From the NCBI GenBank assembly GCA_013001275.1, contig JABDMV010000058.1, forward strand, positions 4,649-68,648: DNA of 64,000 nt, written 5' to 3'. Below the pieces are notes generated by a model. The model made no database searches, was not told the DNA's origin, and saw only the letters and a program-made list of their open reading frames with translations. Within the stretch, counting starts at the first letter, position 1; each line of letters opens with the position of its first letter. Below, piece by piece: positions 56,814 through 64,000 of the stretch. The position numbers and the translations under genes are program-made. The DNA comes from Flaviramulus sp. (GTDB lineage Bacteria > Bacteroidota > Bacteroidia > Flavobacteriales > Flavobacteriaceae).

Positions 56814-57624
56814 AATGTAAAATTCTTAAAAATAAATATATAAATGGTGCTGCAAAAATTATACTATCTAATCGGTCAAGTAAACCACCATGACCAGGCA
56901 TTATTATACCACTATCTTTTACGTTTGCTTGTCTTTTAAATTTAGATTCGATTAAATCACCTAAAGTACCGAATACACTTATTATGATGCTTAATATTAG
57001 CCAACTTGTAAAATCTAATGTATGCGTAAAGGTAGCAATAAAATAGCTTGCTACACACGAAAAAAACAGGCCACCAAGAAAACCTTCTACCGTTTTTTTA
57101 GGTGAAATTTTTTCGAAAAGTTTTTGCTTACCAAAATTTTTACCAATTAAATAGGCAAAAGAGTCGTTTACCCAAACTAAAATAAAGGATCCTAATAAAA
57201 TATTTGGGTTATAATTTTTGTGATAATTCGCTATTAAAATTAAAAACACAAAAGCGCTAGAAAGATAAAAAGTAGTAAGAATAAATCGTTTACTTGAAAA
57301 AAGAGGAATGGTTTTTTCTGAGAACAAATCCTTAATTAAAAACAATTCTACAAAAATGGCGAGCACCATTAATATTTGCGTAGCTTCATTTAACCCGGTA
57401 TCGGTTTTTAAAACCGCTTGCCAATACCCGAAAATAGCATATAAAGCTATAAATACGAAGTATGGGATCTTACTTTTAAGTTGTATAAGTTTTTTAAATT
57501 CGCCCATACATATTACACCAAAAATTAAAAAGAGTATAATTAATAAGTGTTTATAATGTAAGCAGAGTATTAATAGTCCTACATAAAGCAATCCTGAAAG
57601 TAAACGTACATGAATTTCTTTCAT
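56803..57624 (-). CDS. cdsA: Phosphatidate cytidylyltransferase
   Basis: 'SKFKRQANVKDSGIIMPGHGGLLDRLDS' CDS signature. Confidence 0.9.
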   Translation of the reverse strand: MKEIHVRLLSGLLYVGLLILCLHYKHLLIILFLIFGVICMGEFKKLIQLKSKIPYFVFIALYAIFGYWQAVLKTDTGLNEATQILMVLAIFVELFLIKDLFSEKTIPLFSSKRFILTTFYLSSAFVFLILIANYHKNYNPNILLGSFILVWVNDSFAYLIGKNFGKQKLFEKISPKKTVEGFLGGLFFSCVASYFIATFTHTLDFTSWLILSIIISVFGTLGDLIESKFKRQANVKDSGIIMPGHGGLLDRLDSIIFAAPFIYLFLRILHYVS

Positions 57625-57625
57625 T

Positions 57626-58234
57626 CTATAAATCTTCTAAAAGTAGTAAGTAAAGATTTTTAGCACTGCTGCCATAACTCAGAAAATCTTTTTCGTCACC
57701 TGATTTAAAATGTTTTATCGTAGTAATATTAGTGGGTATTTTTTGTCTGTTTTTTGATTTTATTCCACGTAAACCTTCGCCTATGTTCTCAACAATTTGA
57801 CTTGTTGTAGCGAATACAATAAAATTTAGAGGTAATTCCTGTAGTTTTTTCTCAAAAATTTGTTTCGAAGAGATAAGTAACGAGCCATCATTTGCTATTA
57901 AATTCTCGCAAGTTGTTAGGAAAAAAGTAGAATCGCTAATTTTTTTAGTAGATTTTAAATTAGTTTTTTCAAACTTACTTTTTAGGTTATCATCAAGCAG
58001 CAACACTTTTTTACCTTCCCAATTATTCTCAGCAACGATATTTTCTAGATTCTGATAAATTTCATTTAAATTTTCACAATATAAGAACTTACCACCGTTA
58101 GCTTTAAAGTTTATTGTAAACCTTTCGTCTATAGGCAATTTAAATTCAGGCATGTACTTACCTCTATCGCTAGATTTTAATTCCTCTCCCGAGCGTCTAG
58201 ATTTGGAACCAAAAATTTTTCTAAAAAGACTCAT
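57626..58234 (-). CDS. LUD (LutC-like) domain protein
   Basis: 202 aa. Resembles the LutC/YkgG fold family by length and a C-terminal 'G....L.L.L' pattern. The position next to ftsH is common in Bacteroidota. Confidence 0.5.
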   Translation of the reverse strand: MSLFRKIFGSKSRRSGEELKSSDRGKYMPEFKLPIDERFTINFKANGGKFLYCENLNEIYQNLENIVAENNWEGKKVLLLDDNLKSKFEKTNLKSTKKISDSTFFLTTCENLIANDGSLLISSKQIFEKKLQELPLNFIVFATTSQIVENIGEGLRGIKSKNRQKIPTNITTIKHFKSGDEKDFLSYGSSAKNLYLLLLEDL

Positions 58235-58352
58235 TTAGTGCTTCGCTATTAACCTTGTTTTTATTGAGGTTTATCAAATATAAAAAATCTTAAATTAACC
58301 TTACAGCTAATTTAAGATTTTTACTAAAAGCTTAACAAAAACTGGAATTATT

Positions 58353-60311
58353 CTAGTCCTTAATTTCTTTTTCTATCCTATTTACTTCCTCTTCTTTTTC
58401 AAAAGGACGTTTACCAAATATTTTCTCGAGATTATCCTTGAAAATTACTTCTTTCTCTAGAAGCACTTCTGCAAGTTCTGTAAGTTTATCTTTATTGGCT
58501 TCAAGAAGCTTAATGGCGCGCTTGTATTGCTCTTCGATTATATTCGAAATTTCTTTATCAATTAATTCTGCGGTCTGCTCGCTATAAGGCTTAGTAAAAC
58601 CATATTCACTTTGGCCCGACGAATCGTAATAAGTTAAATTTCCAATTTTATCACTAAGCCCGTAAATAGTGACCATTGCTCTCGCTTGTTTAGTTACTTT
58701 TTCTAAATCACTAAGAGCACCTGTAGAAATTTTATCAAAAATTACTTTTTCTGCAGCTCGCCCTCCAAGTGCGGCACACATTTCATCTAGCATTTGCTCT
58801 GGACGTACAATTAATCGTTCTTCTGGTAAATACCAAGCCGCTCCCAATGAGCGTCCACGTGGCACAATAGTTACTTTTACTAATGGTGCAGCATGTTCTA
58901 ACATCCAACTTACTGTTGCATGACCGGCTTCATGGAAAGCAACCGCTTTTTTCTCACTAGGGGTTATTATTTTATTTTTCTTTTCCAGTCCGCCAATAAT
59001 TCTATCTACTGCGTCAAGGAAGTCTTGTTTATCAACCGCTTTTTTACCATTACGAGCAGCAATTAAGGCCGCTTCATTACAAACATTAGCAATATCGGCA
59101 CCAGAGAATCCTGGAGTTTGTTTAGATAGGAAGTCCAGATCTAAATCTTTTGCTTTTTTAAGAGGTCTTAAATGTACTTCAAAAATTTCCTTACGTTCAC
59201 GCACATCTGGTAAATCAACAAAAATCTGTCTATCAAAACGTCCCGCACGCATTAAGGCTTTATCTAAAATGTCAGCTCTATTAGTAGCCGCAATAACAAT
59301 TACATTAGTATTTGTACCAAAACCGTCCATCTCAGTTAGTAGTTGATTAAGAGTGTTTTCTCGCTCATCATTACTTCCAGACATAGCGTTTTTACCTCTT
59401 GCTCTACCAATGGCGTCAATTTCATCAATAAAAATAATTGATGGCGATTTTTCTTTGGCTTGCTTAAATAAATCCCTAACACGAGATGCACCAACACCAA
59501 CAAACATTTCTACAAAATCTGAACCTGATAAAGAAAAGAAAGGAACTTTTGCTTCACCAGCTACAGCTCTTGCAAGTAACGTTTTTCCTGTTCCTGGAGG
59601 TCCTACTAATAATGCCCCTTTAGGTATTTTACCACCAAGAGATGTGTATTTTTCAGGGTATTTTAGAAAATCTACTATTTCTTGTACTTCTTCCTTAGCA
59701 CCTTCTAATCCTGCAACATCTTTAAAAGTTGTTTTTACTTCAGTATTTTGATCAAATAGTTTGGCTTTTGATTTTCCAATATTAAAAATTTGACCTCCAG
59801 CACCTCCTCCAGCACCACCAGACATACGACGCATGATAAAAATCCAAACACCAATAAGCAATATAAAAGGAAGAATACCCATAAGTAAATTTCCCCAATC
59901 ATTAGTTTCAGTATCAAATTTCACAATGGGTTTAGTACTCAAATCCTTAGTAGCTTCGTTTAATTCGTTTTCAAAGTTCTGAAGATCACCAAATTCAAAC
60001 TTGTAGTTTGGTAATTTAGTTGCAGAAGGTATAAATGATTGAGGCTTCGACTGTCTATGAACCTCTTTAGCTTCAGCATCTTTAGTTAAATAAACTTTTG
60101 CAACTCTTGTGTTTTTTATTATATCAACTCTTTCAACATCACCCGCTTCTAGAAAGTTAAAAAAATCTGCTGGGGTTGTTGCGTTTCCTTCTTGATAACC
60201 TCCACTACTAAATAATTGGAAGCCTAAAAATAAAGCGATTAATATGCCGTAAACCCAATACGGACTAAATTTTGGTTTTTTATCTTTTATATTTTTCTTT
60301 TCGTTTGCCAT
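58353..60311 (-). CDS. ftsH: ATP-dependent zinc metalloprotease FtsH
   Basis: '[11 protein letters not shown]', 'IIFIDEIDA', 'HEAGHA'. Confidence 0.97.
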   Translation of the reverse strand: MANEKKNIKDKKPKFSPYWVYGILIALFLGFQLFSSGGYQEGNATTPADFFNFLEAGDVERVDIIKNTRVAKVYLTKDAEAKEVHRQSKPQSFIPSATKLPNYKFEFGDLQNFENELNEATKDLSTKPIVKFDTETNDWGNLLMGILPFILLIGVWIFIMRRMSGGAGGGAGGQIFNIGKSKAKLFDQNTEVKTTFKDVAGLEGAKEEVQEIVDFLKYPEKYTSLGGKIPKGALLVGPPGTGKTLLARAVAGEAKVPFFSLSGSDFVEMFVGVGASRVRDLFKQAKEKSPSIIFIDEIDAIGRARGKNAMSGSNDERENTLNQLLTEMDGFGTNTNVIVIAATNRADILDKALMRAGRFDRQIFVDLPDVRERKEIFEVHLRPLKKAKDLDLDFLSKQTPGFSGADIANVCNEAALIAARNGKKAVDKQDFLDAVDRIIGGLEKKNKIITPSEKKAVAFHEAGHATVSWMLEHAAPLVKVTIVPRGRSLGAAWYLPEERLIVRPEQMLDEMCAALGGRAAEKVIFDKISTGALSDLEKVTKQARAMVTIYGLSDKIGNLTYYDSSGQSEYGFTKPYSEQTAELIDKEISNIIEEQYKRAIKLLEANKDKLTELAEVLLEKEVIFKDNLEKIFGKRPFEKEEEVNRIEKEIKD

Positions 60312-60320
60312 TTGATCTTT

Positions 60321-60692
60321 TTAGTAACTTGTTTCAATAACTGTTGTTTTTGCATCGCCCCATAGACTTTCTATATCGTAGTATTCTCTAATATGTTTTT
60401 GAAAAACGTGTACTACAACATTTACATAATCAATTAAGACCCACTCTGCATTATCTGCACCTTCTGTGTGCCAAGGGTTATCCTTTAGTTCTTTGCTTAC
60501 TTTTTTCTGTATGGAATTAACTATAGCGTTTACTTGTGTGTTTGAAGTACCCTCGCAAATTATAAAGTAATCACAAACCGTGTTATCAATTTCTCTTAAA
60601 TCTAATAAATTTATTTCTTTACCTTTTACATCTTCAATACCACTTAGTATAACAGATATCAGTTCGTCTGCGCTTATTTTTTCTATGGTCAT
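60321..60692 (-). CDS. rsfS: Ribosome silencing factor
   Basis: 123 aa. 'DYFIICEG.S..QV.AI' and 'W.L.DY..VVVH.F'. Confidence 0.88.
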   Translation of the reverse strand: MTIEKISADELISVILSGIEDVKGKEINLLDLREIDNTVCDYFIICEGTSNTQVNAIVNSIQKKVSKELKDNPWHTEGADNAEWVLIDYVNVVVHVFQKHIREYYDIESLWGDAKTTVIETSY

Positions 60693-60785
60693 TAATTTTA
60701 ATTAATTTGTGCAAAGTTATTATTTTTTTAGTTCTTTATACTTTAAAATAATCATAAGATTTTCAAGTATAGTAATAACTTTAAT

Positions 60786-61517
60786 ATGCATTTAATCAAA
60801 CTTAATGCCACCGATTCGACAAATAGCTACTTACGCAGACTAAGTGCCAATGAATCAATTGAAAACTTTACTACTGTTATTGCAGAAAAACAATTAAATG
60901 GTAAGGGGCAGATGGGTGCCGTTTGGAGCTCACAATCAGCAAAGAACCTTACTTGTAGTGTCTTTATAGATATGTCCGAATTTAAATTAGAGCATACTTT
61001 TTATATAAGTATTGCGACATCTTTGGCTATATTTAAGACTTTACAGTTTTATTTTATTTCTCGATTAAGTGTAAAATGGCCTAACGACATTTTGTCAGAA
61101 GAGAAAAAAGTTTGCGGTATTTTGATTGAAAATGTCATAAAACAAAACGAAATAAAGGGGACTATAATTGGAATCGGATTAAATGTAAATCAATCCGAAT
61201 TTAAAAACTTACCCAATGCGGCATCATTAAAAATGATTTCTGGTAAAATTTATGATTTAGATGAAGTCCTAAATGTAATTATTAATAATTTGAAAGATTA
61301 TTTTAAATTATTAAAAGCTAGAAAATATAAAACTTTAAAAGATGAATACGAAAGGCATCTTTTTAGAAAAGATAAACCTTCAACTTTTAGAGATGCGGGA
61401 GGTTTTATTTTTCCGGGGTTTATAAAAGGTGTCACCGAATCTGGTAATCTCAATGTATTGCTCGAAGACGAGGTTAAAAGAGAATTTGACTTAAAAGAAA
61501 TTACGTTATTGTACTAA
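60786..61517 (+). CDS. birA: Biotin--[acetyl-CoA-carboxylase] ligase (no HTH domain)
   Basis: 'STNSYL', 'Q..GKGQMG..W', 'KWPNDI'. Confidence 0.85.
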   Translation: MHLIKLNATDSTNSYLRRLSANESIENFTTVIAEKQLNGKGQMGAVWSSQSAKNLTCSVFIDMSEFKLEHTFYISIATSLAIFKTLQFYFISRLSVKWPNDILSEEKKVCGILIENVIKQNEIKGTIIGIGLNVNQSEFKNLPNAASLKMISGKIYDLDEVLNVIINNLKDYFKLLKARKYKTLKDEYERHLFRKDKPSTFRDAGGFIFPGFIKGVTESGNLNVLLEDEVKREFDLKEITLLY

Positions 61518-61909
61518 ATAGCTTTTGGTATGCTAGTTGCCAGAGTTTCAATAAATTTTTTGATAGGACTTTTTATCATCATAGACATCATAGGGTTGAA
61601 ATCGCCCGTAAAATCTAGCCGAACTTCACTTTCTGTAGGATCTATTTGAATAATATTGCAAATAAGTGAAAAATCTATTTTGCCACCGGCAGCTCCAAAA
61701 ACAATTTTATTTGGTGGAATTTCTTCTTTCTTTTTAAGAATGATTTCTGGCATTCCTTTTAGTGCAAATAAAAACTTATCATCACTTATCACTTCGAATT
61801 TACTAATGTTTTCTGGCATTAAAGATTCAAAATTCTTAACTTCTGATAAAAAATTAAACACATCATCGGAAGATTTGCTAACATTAATTTTTGGCGATTC
61901 TAATTTCAT
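61514..61909 (-). CDS. Hypothetical protein, possibly SRPBCC/START-like
   Basis: 131 aa with an alternating beta-strand pattern and a terminal helix. No motif I can name. Confidence 0.4.
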   Translation of the reverse strand: MKLESPKINVSKSSDDVFNFLSEVKNFESLMPENISKFEVISDDKFLFALKGMPEIILKKKEEIPPNKIVFGAAGGKIDFSLICNIIQIDPTESEVRLDFTGDFNPMMSMMIKSPIKKFIETLATSIPKAI

Positions 61910-61936
61910 AATTTTAACTGAGTTTTAATGTTAATA

Positions 61937-62581
61937 TCAACTAGCGTTCCATTCACTCGGATTGGTATTCCATTCTGATAAGGTTAATAATTCTTTTTCT
62001 GAAATATAATTAGTTTCTAAAGCTTCTTCTAATAAATTTTCGTAGCTGCTCAATGTATGCAAAGTAACATTTTCTTTTTCGAAGTTTTTAGTTGCAATAT
62101 CAAACCCATAGGTAAAAATGGCAACCATACCTTTTACAGTAACACCAGCTTTTTTTAAAGCTTTAACAGCATTTAAACTACTTTTTCCAGTGCTTATTAA
62201 ATCTTCAACAACCACTACATTTTGGCCGCTTTCAATAAATCCTTCTATTTGGTTTTTTCGTCCATGGCCTTTGGCATCTGGTCTTACATAAATAAAAGGT
62301 AGTCCTAAATATTCTGCAACCAAAACTCCAATTCCAATGGCCCCTGTAGCAACACCGGCTATAACATCAGGTTTTCCATATTGCTTTTCAATATGTTTAC
62401 CCATAGTTTCACGAACGAATGTTCTAATTTGAGGGTACGATAATACTATTCGGTTATCACAATAAATTGGAGATTTCCATCCTGAAGCCCATGTAAATGG
62501 ATCTTTAGGATTTAGTTTTATCGCATTTATTTGTAATAAAACTTCTGCAGTTGTTTTGGCGGTATCTTTGTTAAAAATCAT
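61937..62581 (-). CDS. pyrE: Orotate phosphoribosyltransferase
   Basis: 'VVVVEDLISTGKSS' PRPP motif. Confidence 0.92.
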   Translation of the reverse strand: MIFNKDTAKTTAEVLLQINAIKLNPKDPFTWASGWKSPIYCDNRIVLSYPQIRTFVRETMGKHIEKQYGKPDVIAGVATGAIGIGVLVAEYLGLPFIYVRPDAKGHGRKNQIEGFIESGQNVVVVEDLISTGKSSLNAVKALKKAGVTVKGMVAIFTYGFDIATKNFEKENVTLHTLSSYENLLEEALETNYISEKELLTLSEWNTNPSEWNAS

Positions 62582-62709
62582 GTGGGCAAAATTACGTATA
62601 AATTTAGTTTTACAGAATGCTTAATCGTCTAATAAAAATATTTTTTTCAACAATGTCAAGGATTTGACTAAAAATGATATTTTTACCATATAAATTTATA
62701 ATTACACTT

Positions 62710-63291
62710 ATGTATAAAGTTTTTGTTGGCGATAAGCCAATAATATTAACTACTAAAGTTGAGAAAGAAACTAACTTTAAGAATTATTTACTAAAAACGG
62801 TAAATATGGCTAAAGTTGTTAGAAAGCTAAATAGAACATCTTTAAGTGAAATAAGGCTTATACATAAAAATAAAGATAAACTTTTAAAAAAATTTTTAAA
62901 AAAACTACCTAATGTCATCGCGGGAGGTGGTAAGGTATATAATGACGAAGGTGACATATTATTTATTTATAGAAATGATAAATGGGATTTACCAAAAGGT
63001 AAAGTTGAAGGTAAAGAAACAATTGAACAAACAGCTTTAAGAGAAGTTGCCGAAGAGACTGGTGTTGCCGGATTGGAAATCACAAAACCATTAGAGACTA
63101 CATATCATATATTTAAGCGAAATGGACGTTATAAAATAAAAATCACTTATTGGTTTGAAATGAAGACTAGTTTTAAAGGGAATTTATATGCACAAATTGA
63201 TGAAGGAATTACACATGTGGAATGGCTAAATGGCGTTCAAATTAATGATGCCCTTAAAAATTCGTATGCTAATATTAAACTGTTACTTTAA
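62710..63291 (+). CDS. NUDIX hydrolase
   Basis: Nudix box 'GKVEGKETIEQTALREVAEETG'. The start 'MYKVFVGDKPI' is preferred over the upstream ATG at 62674. Confidence 0.8.
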   Translation: MYKVFVGDKPIILTTKVEKETNFKNYLLKTVNMAKVVRKLNRTSLSEIRLIHKNKDKLLKKFLKKLPNVIAGGGKVYNDEGDILFIYRNDKWDLPKGKVEGKETIEQTALREVAEETGVAGLEITKPLETTYHIFKRNGRYKIKITYWFEMKTSFKGNLYAQIDEGITHVEWLNGVQINDALKNSYANIKLLL

Positions 63292-63795
63292 TTCTTTTTT
63301 CATAATATACATTCCTTTCAGTTCTACTTTAAATTTAGGTAGTTCTAAACTAGTTTTACCTTGGCATACGAAACCAAGTTTATTATAAAAAGTTATTGCA
63401 TTCTGGTTTGTATCAATAACATCTAAAAAAATACTATTTATTCCACGCTTTGTAGCTTTTATAATGATTTCATTTAAAGCTAGTTTCCCAATTCCTAATC
63501 CTTTAAATTCTGGAAGTAAGTATATTTTCTCTAATTCTATACTATTTTTAATTCCGGATCTGGCTTTATTATTGATTTTAATAAATCCAACCTTAATTAA
63601 TTTGTATTCGATCATATAGTAATCAATATTTTTATCTTTCAAATCTGTGGAAAGCCTGTCTATACTAAATTCTCTATCTAAATACCAGTCTAATCCATCA
63701 CCATCCCAATGATCATGATAATTTTTGGAATATGAAGCGACACAGACATTTTTTAAATCATTAATATCTGAAATTGCAACTTTTTTTAATTTCAT
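63283..63795 (-). CDS. GNAT family N-acetyltransferase
   Basis: 'IYLLPEFKGLGIGKLAL' and 'AITFYNKLGF'. Confidence 0.8.
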   Translation of the reverse strand: MKLKKVAISDINDLKNVCVASYSKNYHDHWDGDGLDWYLDREFSIDRLSTDLKDKNIDYYMIEYKLIKVGFIKINNKARSGIKNSIELEKIYLLPEFKGLGIGKLALNEIIIKATKRGINSIFLDVIDTNQNAITFYNKLGFVCQGKTSLELPKFKVELKGMYIMKKELK

Positions 63796-63904
63796 TGTTA
63801 ATAAATTTATAATCGATTATTAGTGCTGCTATTAAAAACATCAATTAATATAATTCTTTTTTCAAACGTTTTAGTTTATCAACCTAGTAATTTGTAAATC
63901 TTCG

Positions 63905-63934
63905 CTTGTGTGCCAATAATATAAACGTAAATTT
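63905..63934 (+). promoter_or_regulatory. Bacteroidota-type promoter (TTG-N19-TAAATTTG)
   Basis: TTG at 63905-63907 and TAAATTTG at 63927-63934, with the ATG 19 nt downstream. Confidence 0.45.
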
Positions 63935-63953
63935 GCATTTTCAAATCAAGAAT

Positions 63954-64000
63954 TATGACCGAATTTATTAGAAAGCGAGCAGCTAATGCCAAAAACGACA
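63954..64000 (+). CDS. 5' end of an unidentified ORF that runs off the window
   Basis: ATG preceded by a good promoter. Only 15 codons are visible ('MTEFIRKRAANAKND'). Confidence 0.3.

Overview
This window reads as ordinary chromosomal core sequence from a low-GC member of the Bacteroidota, most likely a Flavobacteriaceae. The evidence is the gene content, the recurrent TAnnTTTG -7 promoter boxes, lipoprotein and Sec signals, and a gene resembling those associated with type IX secretion (T9SS). Genes are tightly packed on both strands.

Main landmarks:
- A complete Na+-translocating NADH:quinone oxidoreductase operon, nqrABCDEF (3053-9171), with the flavin transferase gene apbE displaced 2 kb downstream (11248-12228).
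- A nine-gene minus-strand operon for kynurenine / 3-hydroxyanthranilate / 2-aminomuconate metabolism (26433-34154).
- One tRNA-Gly(UCC) at 18754-18826.
- Two paralogous hybrid histidine kinases with N-terminal TPR repeats.
- Two ECF sigma factor loci.
- Many housekeeping genes: map, gpmI, pepE, tatA, msrA, lpxK, gap, lipA, murB, valS, psd, cdsA, ftsH, rsfS, birA, pyrE.

I found no integrase, transposase, phage gene, CRISPR array or recognisable defence system.

The best candidate for something undescribed is the AT-rich nqrF-apbE gap (about 9225-11247). It holds a tandemly duplicated, divergently oriented pair of unknown small-protein families: a 125-aa ORF present twice, and a 149-aa ORF with two CxxxC pairs present once intact and once as a decayed pseudogene. 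The second 125-aa ORF ends only 15 nt before apbE.

Secondary leads:
- A 67-aa protein with one TM helix and four Cys, far from the nqr operon, whose architecture resembles the NQR maturation factor NqrM.
- Non-consensus flavinylation motifs in NqrB and NqrC, and a C-terminal tail on NqrE.
- A kynurenine operon that carries RidA, SDR and O-methyltransferase genes instead of the usual lower meta-cleavage genes.
- A COG1579 'zinc ribbon' protein in which all four Cys are replaced.

All functional calls rest on motif recognition by eye. None has been confirmed by a search.
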